Part shown: positions 10,017 to 20,078 of the stretch, piece after piece
Numbering within the stretch: position 1 is the stretch's first letter
How the letters are laid out: each line of letters begins with the position of its first letter
NCBI GenBank assembly: GCA_050013715.1
Contig: JBEKES010000001.1
Location: 1 to 64,000 of the forward strand
DNA from: Candidatus Micrarchaeaceae archaeon
GTDB taxonomy: Archaea > Micrarchaeota > Micrarchaeia > Micrarchaeales > Micrarchaeaceae
DNA: 64,000 bases
Direction: 5' to 3'
The notes under the pieces: generated by a model
What the model was told of the DNA's origin: nothing
The model's database searches: none
Seen by the model: only the letters and a program-made list of their open reading frames with translations
Program-made: the position numbers and the translations under genes

Positions 10017-10709
10017 ATGGACCATAGCAATGTTGATGTGAAAGTAAAACAAGAGGATAACGCCAATTCGGACTATGATGAATACATAACCGAAGACGGC
10101 AAGAGGTACAGAGTTCCCTACAAGATAATAAAGGAGGTAACATTCACTGAACTCAGCAAGCAGGAACTGATAGACATACCTCATGCGGCAAGATTGCAGT
10201 ATAGATTGATGCTTCTCGATCCGATAATAAAGGCAAGAGTGGATTACACAAAAGCAAAGATAACAATAATATTCAATCCAAGGGAAGCAGATAACATAAG
10301 GGAGAAGATGAGCTTTGACGAGGTAAAGGACTTCCTTGCAAAGCAGGGCATACATGTCGATGAAAAGAATACAAAACTGGAAGATTACGATTACTACAAG
10401 AACTTCTATACCTATGCATACAATCCCCCTTCCATAAGGGAAAGGGCGCCCTATGCCTATACAAAAGAGGAATGGCAGAAGATGAAACCGGCCTATGAGG
10501 AAAAGCTAAAGGAAGGTGAAAAGGCAAAGATAGAAAAGTTCAAGAAATTCCAGGAGGATTACCTTGCCGCAAATCCGGAAATGGCACCTAAGATAGTAGA
10601 GGGCTACAAGGCCCAACCGGTTGAGGTCAAGAAAGGAATGCTAGGTAATCTTTTCGCAAAGAAGAAAAAGCAGAGCAAGGAAAAGGGCTTCTGGTTCCAC
10701 GGAGTGTAA
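10017..10709 (+). CDS. hypothetical protein with possible HMA/ferredoxin-like domain
   Basis: IIKARVDYTKAKITIIFNP.....FDEVKDFLAKQG resembles the C-terminal half of an HMA fold; CxxC is absent. Confidence 0.5.
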   Translation: MDHSNVDVKVKQEDNANSDYDEYITEDGKRYRVPYKIIKEVTFTELSKQELIDIPHAARLQYRLMLLDPIIKARVDYTKAKITIIFNPREADNIREKMSFDEVKDFLAKQGIHVDEKNTKLEDYDYYKNFYTYAYNPPSIRERAPYAYTKEEWQKMKPAYEEKLKEGEKAKIEKFKKFQEDYLAANPEMAPKIVEGYKAQPVEVKKGMLGNLFAKKKKQSKEKGFWFHGV

Positions 10710-10769
10710 GTGCTCTTTTTCCACAAGCTTCTTTAAATATTATTGAGAATATAGGGTTAATGTGAGTAT

Positions 10770-11450
10770 ATGCCGGAAATAGCAGTGCTTTTTGATGTTG
10801 AGAATACGCTCATAAAGGAGAAGAAGAATGTTTCCGATTACTATTTTGAAGCCATAAGGTTCGTTTATGGGCTTTCCATAGATGACATAAACCTTGCCGA
10901 TTATGAGGGTCTTACGGTGCAGGAAACGCTCATTGAAATACTGCAAAAACAAGGACTCAAAAAAGAGGAAATACTCGAAAAGCACGAGCAGTTTCTCGAG
11001 GAACTGCCCTATGCGCATTACAATGTGGCCGGGCATGACAGCGCGGTGCTTGTGGATGGGGCTAAAACAATACTTAACAATCTGAAGGACAACAACAGGT
11101 ATGTGATCGGAGCTGCGAGCGGCCAATTGGAAAGGATACTTTCAAACATGTTCGACAGGGTGAACATGAAGTATGATAATTATTTCAAATTCGGAGCCTA
11201 TGGCAATGTTAGCGAGAACATGTCAAAGATACTCGATTCCGCAATGGCAAAAGCCGGCAAGGAATATGGAATTGACAAGCACGGCATATATTTTGTTAGC
11301 AATGTGAAGAATCATGTGCATGCTGCGCATGCGCTTGGCATACGTGCTGTTGGAGTGATAACAGATCCATTCTCTGAAAAGGACCTTAAGAACTTGGGAG
11401 TAATACACATCGCCAAGAATCTGAAGGACTGCGAGCGCTTCATCAAGTAG
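10770..11450 (+). CDS. HAD superfamily hydrolase-like protein (degenerate motifs)
   Basis: LFDVENTL motif I variant, cap domain, motif IV degenerate. Confidence 0.7.
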   Translation: MPEIAVLFDVENTLIKEKKNVSDYYFEAIRFVYGLSIDDINLADYEGLTVQETLIEILQKQGLKKEEILEKHEQFLEELPYAHYNVAGHDSAVLVDGAKTILNNLKDNNRYVIGAASGQLERILSNMFDRVNMKYDNYFKFGAYGNVSENMSKILDSAMAKAGKEYGIDKHGIYFVSNVKNHVHAAHALGIRAVGVITDPFSEKDLKNLGVIHIAKNLKDCERFIK

Positions 11451-12233
11451 CTATTTGGTTGCCCTCATGTATATATATACTATCGACAGTATTATCACAA
11501 TTGCAAGTAGCACATACATGAAAATGCCGAACGTTTTGTATATGGAATTGAAGAACGATTCAACTTCTGTCTGAAGTCCCTGCTTTATAACGAAATCAAA
11601 GCTGAATTTCGACAATGGCTCTCCGTAAAGCCACGATACTTGAGTAATGTTCTTGTAATTGTTCTCAAAGGCAAATACTGGAAGGTCCGGCAATGGATAT
11701 ACGGAAGTTATGGTTGCGCCATTTGGAACTATAAATGTAAGAGTAGTATTGGAGGTGAGCACCTCGCCGCTCTGGCCGTGCTCGAAATTGAATACCTTTG
11801 GATTGAACTTGTAGCTGAATACCCTTGGCGCTGTTTCATTGACCGTAGTGACGTTGTTGACGTTGTAGCTAAGTATTATATAAGCGAAGCTCTGCCCATT
11901 CTGCTTGAATATGGGTCCGGGCAGGAATTTGAAGTTGTATATGCTTGAGCCCGAATTGATTATGTGCTCAACCAGCAACGGGCCTATGGCCTTCTGCCAG
12001 GAGCTCAGACTCAGATTAAGCGCAAGCCTGTTGGTGGAGTATTGGCTTACTGATTGATTGCTTATTAGAACAGTAAGAACTTCAGTGACCTGAGTGCTTG
12101 TATTCTGATTGAGATTAAGCGTAACGTTAAGATTTGTTACAGTATAGGATGCGTTGGCAACATGCAGAATAGGAATGAGTGAAAGAAGAGCAAATATTGC
12201 AATTATGCGGCTGAATTTTATCAATTGTTGCAC
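11451..12233 (-). CDS. secreted/surface protein with C-terminal TM anchor
   Basis: signal peptide, beta-rich N/T/S domain, terminal TM. Confidence 0.65.
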   Translation of the reverse strand: MQQLIKFSRIIAIFALLSLIPILHVANASYTVTNLNVTLNLNQNTSTQVTEVLTVLISNQSVSQYSTNRLALNLSLSSWQKAIGPLLVEHIINSGSSIYNFKFLPGPIFKQNGQSFAYIILSYNVNNVTTVNETAPRVFSYKFNPKVFNFEHGQSGEVLTSNTTLTFIVPNGATITSVYPLPDLPVFAFENNYKNITQVSWLYGEPLSKFSFDFVIKQGLQTEVESFFNSIYKTFGIFMYVLLAIVIILSIVYIYMRATK

Positions 12234-12308
12234 CTACCTAAAATCTCATTATATCTATAAATAATTAAGTGTTTTATCAAATTCCTAGCGTTGTTTAAGA
12301 TCCATTAT

Positions 12309-12728
12309 TTACTTTGTAAATTCACTAAAATGTCTGACGAATTTAATTTCTTTGACTTTTGTAAGCAATTTCTGATCAGCAGTATAAAATATTGCTTCAA
12401 TATCCTCTGCGTATGCTATGAAAGTGGCATCATAAGCAGAAATATCATAATCTATTGAAATTTCAGCTATTTTATCAATTATTTTATCACTTAATTCTGA
12501 TATAAGAAACCCATAATCTCTTATTACTTCTAGAGCCTCAATTATTTCATGTTTTGTATAATTCTTGTATTTTAATGCGTTAATTAGTTCATATTTGACA
12601 AGATTTGGCATCAGTATATCTATTTTACCTTTAATGTGTTCATCTTTTAGCGCAATTGCTATGTCAGATCCATCTTCTTTCAGAAATAATTTTGCTATTA
12701 CGCTCGTATCAAGTACTATTTGGGCCAT
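12309..12728 (-). CDS. vapC: PIN-domain toxin (VapC)
   Basis: IVLDTSVIAK...YELINAL...ISAYDATFIA...TADQKL. Confidence 0.9.
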   Translation of the reverse strand: MAQIVLDTSVIAKLFLKEDGSDIAIALKDEHIKGKIDILMPNLVKYELINALKYKNYTKHEIIEALEVIRDYGFLISELSDKIIDKIAEISIDYDISAYDATFIAYAEDIEAIFYTADQKLLTKVKEIKFVRHFSEFTK

Positions 12729-12951
12729 ATCTTGAATCCCTCATTTTTCTTATTATTTCAGTGCTCTCAGTGCCTTTTGCACTTCTAAATAATTTCGCCC
12801 TTAATTTTTCAGCTTTAGCAATATTTCTTTTATTACTGATTTCCTTTTGTATAAATTCCCTTATGGCTTCTGACCAATTAACTTTTACATTTCTCATCCT
12901 TCTTTTAGTATTTTTATCAATCTTTACAAGAATTGCCTCTTCATAGACCAT
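12709..12951 (-). CDS. vapB: RHH antitoxin (VapB-like)
   Basis: VKID..TKRRM....VNWSEAIREFI; overlaps the PIN toxin start. Confidence 0.8.
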   Translation of the reverse strand: MVYEEAILVKIDKNTKRRMRNVKVNWSEAIREFIQKEISNKRNIAKAEKLRAKLFRSAKGTESTEIIRKMRDSRYGPNST

Positions 12952-13005
12952 AGAATCACGTATATACTATATATACCTTAGGTAATAAATACCTTTCGTA
13001 AAGTA

Positions 13006-13251
13006 TTATTTCAGATTGAAGGCATTTGCTAATGCATGCAATATGCTATTTATGAAGTTCTGAATCGCAACAATGAGATTGTTAATGCTTTTAGTGCTGG
13101 TACCGAACTTGCTTGAGTTTACAGTATAGTTGATGGTGCCGCTGGCATTTATTGTGCTGGAGGAATTGGCAGCATGGGCATTACCCGCAGCTAAAATGAA
13201 AAGGACAAAAATAGCAATTAACGAAAAAATAAGAAAGTATCTTGCAACCAT
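13006..13251 (-). CDS. small secreted protein
   Basis: signal peptide with AHA cleavage site, S/T/N-rich. Confidence 0.5.
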   Translation of the reverse strand: MVARYFLIFSLIAIFVLFILAAGNAHAANSSSTINASGTINYTVNSSKFGTSTKSINNLIVAIQNFINSILHALANAFNLK

Positions 13252-13315
13252 TCAATCATCCAATACGTATTTGAATTGGTAATTATTTATAGTTATCGAG
13301 ATTTGATGATGCAAC

Positions 13316-13582
13316 ATGCTGGCCCATATGAAATGCAATAACTGCAGCAAGGAATTCGATTACTCGTTTTTTCCTCTTGTGTCCATAACTTCCATAAGAT
13401 TGGGCTCGAGCAGGTACTTCAAATGCCCGTTTTGCAAAAAAACCCAGACCTTTGACTTGAAAGACCGCATTGAGGAGAGGCACCCTTCAGAAATGCTTGT
13501 AAATGATAGGATACCCACGTTCTTGTTCATATTTACACTCGTTGCCCTATTTGCCATAATAATTGCTTTGGTGCTGCTGTAA
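13316..13582 (+). CDS. zinc-ribbon membrane protein
   Basis: CNNC...RYFKCPFC plus C-terminal TM. Confidence 0.65.
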   Translation: MLAHMKCNNCSKEFDYSFFPLVSITSIRLGSSRYFKCPFCKKTQTFDLKDRIEERHPSEMLVNDRIPTFLFIFTLVALFAIIIALVLL

Positions 13583-13662
13583 CTGGCAAAATAGGCAGCA
13601 ACTGCCTCAATTCGCTGAATTGCGGAACTGTGCCCATATAGTTAAATACTTTCTCTCTATAA

Positions 13663-14103
13663 ATGTTGATAAGTGATTACATGATAACAGGCTTCTCCAT
13701 ACTAAACGTAGAAGGCAAGATAGACTCTTCGGAAGTGCTAGCAAAGCAAAGGTTCCCAAGACTGAACATAAACATAGACAAGGTAACTGCCGAAGGCAGC
13801 AAACTAAACGTAGAATATTCCTTCCAGGCTGATTACAACGAAAGCGATGCAAAGGATGCAAAGGCGGTTGGATTCATCAAGCTAACAGGAAACGTCGAAG
13901 TTACAGAATCCAAGGAAGAAATATCAAGCATTGTAAAGAAATGGGACAAGGAGCACATGCTTCCAGTACAGCTTGCTGAAGAGATAATTAACGGTTTGAA
14001 TTTCAGGTGCAGCGCCACAGGAACGCTTGTTGCGTATTCATTGGGGCTTATTCCTCCACTAGTGATAAGCACAACAAAGATACAAGAGCAGCCCAAGAAT
14101 TAG
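13663..14103 (+). CDS. conserved archaeal protein with SecB-like fold
   Basis: beta-sheet pattern EYSFQADY..GFIKLTG plus C-terminal LGLIPPL. Confidence 0.5.
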   Translation: MLISDYMITGFSILNVEGKIDSSEVLAKQRFPRLNINIDKVTAEGSKLNVEYSFQADYNESDAKDAKAVGFIKLTGNVEVTESKEEISSIVKKWDKEHMLPVQLAEEIINGLNFRCSATGTLVAYSLGLIPPLVISTTKIQEQPKN

Positions 14104-14162
14104 TTAGCTAATTCCGGCGCTTATTTTAGTCTTTGATGCACATAGCTTATGCTGTTTAATCG

Positions 14163-16610
14163 ATGAGAAGCATGGAGACTAAAGTCAATGAAAAGATAAT
14201 ACACGGATCTATGCTTGAAGTCGATTACCTAAACAAGAATGAAGACTCAATCATAAGACTGACAGTAGCTGCAAAGGACGGCAAAAGATACGAGATATTC
14301 GATGAATCCTTCAAACCCTATTTTTATCTCATAGCATCGAAGAACATGGAAAAAGAATTCATAGAAAACATATCAACAGTGGACAATGGGAAAGTGATAA
14401 AGGCAAGGGAAATCGTTGAAATTGAAAGGTCATTGTACGGAAAAAGCACAAAGGGATTCAAGGTAATAGTAAGCAACACCTCAAGCGTGCCGAAGCTGAG
14501 CTCGGCATTGGGGCAATACGGCACCTGCTACGAATATGACATACCATTCGCAAAAAGATACTCAGTTGATAAGCAGATTGTTCCGTTGGTAAATTACAGG
14601 ATTGATGTTGAAGACAGGAACGGCATTCTTTTCCTGAAAGGCTTTGAAAAATCAGATGAGTCATTCTCCGAATTAAGAGTCATGGGTTTTGATATTGAGA
14701 CCTATAACCCGTTAGGCGTTCCAAGATCCGATAAAGACCCGATAATAATGATAAGCTACCTTTACACAAACGGTTCTGAATTAAAAAAAGGTGTCATTAC
14801 CTTCAAGAAGATAGATCTGCCGTTTGTAGAAGTTGCTAAGAACGAAAAGGACATGATAAAGAAATTCATTGAAAAGATAAACGAATTAGACGTTGACGTA
14901 ATAATAGGATACAACTCAGCTAATTTTGACATAAGATATTTGATAGAACGTGCCCGTGCCATAAAAGTAGATTTCAACATAAGCAGATACGAAGGAGACA
15001 CAAAAATAGAAAGCCACGGGTTAGTTGACAAGGTAAAGATAGCAGGGCGAGTTCACGTTGACATGTATGTTGTTATAAAGTTCATAGCAACAGTAGGTGC
15101 ATCTGAAAGCATACTGAAGCTAAACAGCAAAACGCTGAAGAACGTATACGAGGCAATAACAAACGAGAAGAAGTTCGCAGTGGAAAAGATGGACATCTTC
15201 AAATTATGGGACGGAACAGAGGAAGAATTGAAAACTCTTGCAACCTACAATCTTGCAGATGTAGAGGCACTGCAGAAAGTGTATGAAACATTCATACCCA
15301 TTATGATTGAACTGACACGAGTGACATACAACGTGCTCAGCGACGTTTCGGTTTCAACAACAGGACAGCTTGTTGAATTTATGCTGATGCACAACGCAGT
15401 AAAATTCAATGAGATAATACCAAACAAGCCATCCGACTTCGAAATGAAGGAGCGATTGACCAATCCGATTGAAGGCGCATATGTAAAAACCCCTGAGCCT
15501 GGAATCTACAGCAATTTGGTAATGTTTGACTTCAGGGGATTGTATCCTTCGATAATTATTTCCTACAACATAGACCCTTCATCGATATGCAGGGATTGCA
15601 CGGAATATTATGAAACACCTGATGGAACAAGATTCGATAAAAACAGGAAGAGCATAATACCTACAATACTCAAGGAACTGATACAAAGAAGAGCTGAAGT
15701 AAAAAAAGCTTACAAGAAGAATCCGGATGACATGTTCCTAGGAGCAAGGCAGCTTGCTTTGAAGATAGTGTCGAATTCGTTCTACGGTTATCTAGGCTAT
15801 GCAAGATCAAGATGGTATTCAAGAGTCTGCGCTGGTGGAGTAACCGCACTGGGAAGGCAATACATACAGGAAAGCATAGAAAAGGCAGAAAAATTCGGGC
15901 TTAAGGCGATATACGGTGACACAGATTCCATTGTTGCGTTGGTTGGAGACAAGACAAAGGATGAAATACTTGCATTTCTCAAGGATTTCAATACAAAGTT
16001 ACCTGAATCCATGGAACTGGAACTGGAAGATTTCTATAAGAATGGAGTATTCGTAGGAAAGAAGAACGACAAGGAAAGCTCTGGTGCAAAGAAGAAATAT
16101 GCATTGATATCGGAATCGGGAAGAATAAAGATAAGAGGATTCGAACTTGTAAGAAGAGATTGGTCGAAGATAGCAAGAGACACACAGAGGCTCGTTCTTG
16201 AAACAATTCTAAAAGAAGGAGATCCACAAAAGGCTGCTGACATAGTAAGAGATGCAGTAAAAAGGCTCAAGAGCGGAACCATGCCACTTAGCGAGCTTGC
16301 GATAAGCACGCAACTGAGAAAAAGCATAGATGGATATGACGTAAAGTCACCAGAAGTAGGAGCTGCAAAGAAGGCAGTAAAAGATGGACTCAAGACAAGA
16401 GAAGAATTAGAAGGCGCAGTAATATCGTTTGTGATAACAAAGCATGGAAGCACAATATCAGACAGAGCAACACTCGAAGAGTTTGCAACAGATTATGATG
16501 CAGATTACTACATAAATCATCAGGTGATACCGGCAACAATGAGAATATTGAAAGAACTTAATTTCGATGAAGATGACCTAAAAGGGTTAGGCACCCAGAA
16601 GAAATTATGA
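14163..16610 (+). CDS. polB: DNA polymerase family B with 3'-5' exonuclease
   Basis: DIETY, YNSANFD, YNLAD, DFRGLYPS, K...NSFYGY and YGDTDS all intact. Confidence 0.97.
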   Translation: MRSMETKVNEKIIHGSMLEVDYLNKNEDSIIRLTVAAKDGKRYEIFDESFKPYFYLIASKNMEKEFIENISTVDNGKVIKAREIVEIERSLYGKSTKGFKVIVSNTSSVPKLSSALGQYGTCYEYDIPFAKRYSVDKQIVPLVNYRIDVEDRNGILFLKGFEKSDESFSELRVMGFDIETYNPLGVPRSDKDPIIMISYLYTNGSELKKGVITFKKIDLPFVEVAKNEKDMIKKFIEKINELDVDVIIGYNSANFDIRYLIERARAIKVDFNISRYEGDTKIESHGLVDKVKIAGRVHVDMYVVIKFIATVGASESILKLNSKTLKNVYEAITNEKKFAVEKMDIFKLWDGTEEELKTLATYNLADVEALQKVYETFIPIMIELTRVTYNVLSDVSVSTTGQLVEFMLMHNAVKFNEIIPNKPSDFEMKERLTNPIEGAYVKTPEPGIYSNLVMFDFRGLYPSIIISYNIDPSSICRDCTEYYETPDGTRFDKNRKSIIPTILKELIQRRAEVKKAYKKNPDDMFLGARQLALKIVSNSFYGYLGYARSRWYSRVCAGGVTALGRQYIQESIEKAEKFGLKAIYGDTDSIVALVGDKTKDEILAFLKDFNTKLPESMELELEDFYKNGVFVGKKNDKESSGAKKKYALISESGRIKIRGFELVRRDWSKIARDTQRLVLETILKEGDPQKAADIVRDAVKRLKSGTMPLSELAISTQLRKSIDGYDVKSPEVGAAKKAVKDGLKTREELEGAVISFVITKHGSTISDRATLEEFATDYDADYYINHQVIPATMRILKELNFDEDDLKGLGTQKKL

Positions 16611-16671
16611 CTAGTTTCCTTGGAAAGATATCTATAAATATTTGAATAAACAGATAAAATTGAGTGATTAG

Positions 16672-17259
16672 ATGAGTGAAACATCAGCATTTAAAAAAGG
16701 TAGTGCAGTTGCTCCTTTACTTAAAGGAATTAATTCAGGCATATCTTTGCCTTTAATTAGACATACGAGAGACGAAAAAGAAAGTGACTATTTTTTTGTA
16801 GTACAGTCGAATAAAATCATATCAGTTTCAATATTTGATGGTGTTCTTAATCATCCACAATATTCATTTAGTGAAGGGTTTGAAATTGCTGCGCCATTTA
16901 CATTATACGCAACTAAACTTGCTGATGACAAATTCGGATATTTATATTCAGATAAGAATGGTTTGATAGTGACTCAAGATTTTATTGCTTCAGTTACAAC
17001 CCATATGGCTTTTATAATTACTGATTTAGAAACACGTGGAACTATGAATTGTAAATTAAATGGTAACAGGTTATCTGTATGCAGCGGTTCTGATCCTCTT
17101 TTTAGTTTAATACAGAAAGAACCAGGTCGTGCTTATGTTGAAAGTGTAGTAGATAGTAGAAAAGAGTATGAATATATTGGCGCTCTTGGTATATTATCAT
17201 CAAGCGCAAGTCCATGTGTTTTTGTTTCGTCGGATTCACATGAAATACTTAGATTATGA
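16672..17259 (+). CDS. hypothetical protein (orphan), in frame with downstream purB
   Basis: 195-aa ORF with TATA box and GTGAT RBS. Confidence 0.55.
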   Translation: MSETSAFKKGSAVAPLLKGINSGISLPLIRHTRDEKESDYFFVVQSNKIISVSIFDGVLNHPQYSFSEGFEIAAPFTLYATKLADDKFGYLYSDKNGLIVTQDFIASVTTHMAFIITDLETRGTMNCKLNGNRLSVCSGSDPLFSLIQKEPGRAYVESVVDSRKEYEYIGALGILSSSASPCVFVSSDSHEILRL

Positions 17260-17274
17260 GAATTTAGTGATTAT

Positions 17275-18687
17275 ATAACCATAGAAAAACCAGCAACATA
17301 TGGAAACCTGAGTCCTCTAACTGCAATATCACCTTTGGACGGACGTTATAGAAGAAAGGTAGAAACTCTCGTTCCTTTTGCTTCTGAAATGGGTTTGATA
17401 AAAACTCGAATAGAAGTAGAGGCAAAATATTTAATAGCACTTTCTCATGTTGGTTTGGTAAGAAAATTACAACCTAAAGAAATTGTTTTCTTAACGGATT
17501 TAGGACATAATCTTACATTAAGACAAGCAGAAAGAATAAAAGATATTGAGGAAACTACGAAACATGATGTCAAAGCAATGGAAAGGGCATTTCGTGAATT
17601 TGTAGCAGGAACAAGTCTGGAAGATGTAACAGAAATGATTCATTTTGGACTTACTTCTGAAGACGTGAATAACCTTTCTTATAGACTTATGCTCACGAGA
17701 GGTTTGTACGAGGTGTGCATACCTGCAATGGATTTGATAGTTGATGATCTTTATGAAAAGGCAAGAAAGTATAAAGGAACCCCTATGCTTGCAAGAACGC
17801 ACGGTCAACCTGCAATTCCAACAACGTTAGGTAAGGAATTCGCTAACATGGCCGTACGTCTCAACAGACAGATAAGAAGATTGGAAAAACTGGAACTTAC
17901 AGGAAAGCTTAACGGAGCTGTAGGAAACTTCAATGCACTTAGTTTCGCTGCACCTGAAGTTGATTGGATAAAATTCTCTAATAAATTTGTTGAATCTTTT
18001 GGTCTTAAGCTTAATTTAGTAACAACTCAGATAAATCCATATGAAGATATGATAGAAGTATTCCAAGGTGTTCAAAGAGTTAATAACGTCTTATTGGACA
18101 TAAATCAAGACATGTGGAGATACATAAGCGATTATTGGATTGCTCAAGTTCCAAAACCAGATGAGGTAGGATCATCTACCATGCCACAAAAAGTAAATCC
18201 GATAAATTTCGAGAATAGTGAAGGTAATATTCAAATTGCAAATAGTTTATTTGAGGGAATGAGCAGAAAACTCGCAGTATCAAGACTGCAAAGAGATTTG
18301 TCAGATAGCACAACACTAAGAAACGTTGGAAGTGCATTGGCCTATAGTCTTCTTGCATACATTAATACTTTGGAGGGATTAAACAGGATAAATCCGAATA
18401 TAGCAGTAATTAACAGCGAATTAAACGACAATTGGAATATACTCACAGAGGGTGTACAAACACTTTTAAGGCGTGCAGGTGTGACTGATCCTTATTCTAT
18501 GGTTGCAAGCCTTTCTAAGGGTAAAATAAAACAGACTGAATGGGAAGACTGGATAAATAAACTTGAAATAGATGGAGATTTAAAGAAAAAATTATTGATA
18601 GGACTTAAACCAGGATTATATATCGGATATGCTCAAACACTTACAGAATTAGCTCTTGATGAGATAGCTAATCTTAGAAGAAAATAG
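17275..18687 (+). CDS. purB: adenylosuccinate lyase (E. coli-like type); start uncertain
   Basis: LTAISPLDGRY, TKHDVKA, HFGLTSED, RTHGQPA, GSSTMPQKVNPINFENSEGN and SRLQRDLSDST; the frame stays open upstream of the TTG at 17335. Confidence 0.9.
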   Translation: MTIEKPATYGNLSPLTAISPLDGRYRRKVETLVPFASEMGLIKTRIEVEAKYLIALSHVGLVRKLQPKEIVFLTDLGHNLTLRQAERIKDIEETTKHDVKAMERAFREFVAGTSLEDVTEMIHFGLTSEDVNNLSYRLMLTRGLYEVCIPAMDLIVDDLYEKARKYKGTPMLARTHGQPAIPTTLGKEFANMAVRLNRQIRRLEKLELTGKLNGAVGNFNALSFAAPEVDWIKFSNKFVESFGLKLNLVTTQINPYEDMIEVFQGVQRVNNVLLDINQDMWRYISDYWIAQVPKPDEVGSSTMPQKVNPINFENSEGNIQIANSLFEGMSRKLAVSRLQRDLSDSTTLRNVGSALAYSLLAYINTLEGLNRINPNIAVINSELNDNWNILTEGVQTLLRRAGVTDPYSMVASLSKGKIKQTEWEDWINKLEIDGDLKKKLLIGLKPGLYIGYAQTLTELALDEIANLRRK

Positions 18688-18694
18688 TGATTAA

Positions 18695-19054
18695 ATGGCA
18701 ACAAAATGGACCGTAAAAACGCATGAAAGATATTTAGTTGAGGCTGCATCTTTCTCATTTAGGGCCCATCAAACAGATACAGCAACGCGGCTTTTAAGAC
18801 TAGTTGATATTACTGATCCGATTGAAATAAGCCAGATAAGGAAAAGTGCAAGAAAAACCAGAACCCATAGAGATACTCAACATTCGATGTTTGTAGCTGT
18901 AGGGAGAATAGATGTATATACCCATATAGTAAATTCTGGAGAGGTGAAGATGCCACCTAAAAAGTTTTTAGCTTCTCTTGCTTCCATAAGGGAAAATCTA
19001 GAAAGCCGCGCATTGGATTATAACATAATTTTAAGGAGAATTTTAGCTGCCTAA
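18695..19054 (+). CDS. hypothetical protein
   Basis: GTGAT RBS, follows purB directly. Confidence 0.5.
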   Translation: MATKWTVKTHERYLVEAASFSFRAHQTDTATRLLRLVDITDPIEISQIRKSARKTRTHRDTQHSMFVAVGRIDVYTHIVNSGEVKMPPKKFLASLASIRENLESRALDYNIILRRILAA

Positions 19055-19110
19055 AGCCCAATAAATGCTTATTTATATATTCATTCTAGACAATATACTA
19101 GTAGATATTC

Positions 19111-20028
19111 ATGGCTGAAAACGAGAAGGAAATAGATATAACTCTACTCAAGGACATAGGAAAAGCTTCAGCGGAAGCCATGGAATATGCGGCAAAGCAG
19201 GTAAAGCCAGGAGCAAAACTCCTTGATGTTGCCGAAAGCGCAGAGAAATTCCTCAAGGACAAAGGCTTCGGCCTTGCATTTCCAATCAATTTATCAGTAA
19301 ATGCTCAGGCTGCGCACTACACGCCAAGCCTTGATGATGACAAGGTATTCGGTGCCAATGACATAGTAAAGGTTGACTTCGGTGCAGAGAAAGATGGCTG
19401 GCTGGGCGATGGGGCCATAACCGTTGACCTTTCAGGAAAGCACCAGGAAATGGTCGAGTGTGCCAACAAGGCGCTGGACAATGCGATAAGCGCAGTAAGG
19501 CATGGAGTAAGCGTATGCTACATAGGCCAGGCAATTGCAGAAACAGCGGATTCCTACGGATTCAATGTGATAAAGAATCTCGGGGGCCATGGCATACACC
19601 AGCATGAGCTTCATGCAGAGCTCTTCATACCAAATTACGATAATGGGGATTTCACAACCCTTGAAGAGGGCATGGTAGTTGCGATAGAACCATTTCTCAC
19701 CACAGGCAAGGGAATCGTAACTGATAGTGATTTGTGCGAGATATACAGCTACTCGTCCAATGAACCAACAAGATCCCAGGAAGCAAGAAAGCTTCTCCAG
19801 CATTTGGAAAAGCAAAACAGCAGGGAACCGTTTGCAGTAAGATGGTTCTCTAATTTATTTGAATCGAAATTCAGGCTCTATGCTGCGGTCAAGGAACTGG
19901 CACGAATAGGAGCAATAGAGCCGCATCCAACCCTTGTGGAAATAAGCGGAGGAGATGTGGCACAGGCGGAAGCGCAGATAATGGTAACGAATGAAGGCTG
20001 CGAGATAATAACAAGAGCCAAGATTTAG
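19111..20028 (+). CDS. map: methionine aminopeptidase type II
   Basis: AFPINLSVN..AAHYTP, KVDFG, DGAIT, NLGGHG, AIEPF and type II insertion. Confidence 0.95.
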   Translation: MAENEKEIDITLLKDIGKASAEAMEYAAKQVKPGAKLLDVAESAEKFLKDKGFGLAFPINLSVNAQAAHYTPSLDDDKVFGANDIVKVDFGAEKDGWLGDGAITVDLSGKHQEMVECANKALDNAISAVRHGVSVCYIGQAIAETADSYGFNVIKNLGGHGIHQHELHAELFIPNYDNGDFTTLEEGMVVAIEPFLTTGKGIVTDSDLCEIYSYSSNEPTRSQEARKLLQHLEKQNSREPFAVRWFSNLFESKFRLYAAVKELARIGAIEPHPTLVEISGGDVAQAEAQIMVTNEGCEIITRAKI

Positions 20029-20078
20029 CTACACAGAATACTATAAATATCTCCTTTAACAGAGCTAAATGTGATTGA

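Noticed and set aside
12309..12951. VapBC as a novel system
   Set aside because: Ordinary archaeal type II toxin-antitoxin pair
17257..17259. Genome-wide UGA recoding or selenocysteine
   Set aside because: TGA ends many conserved genes at their expected ends (polB, radA, dph5); no SECIS-like support seen
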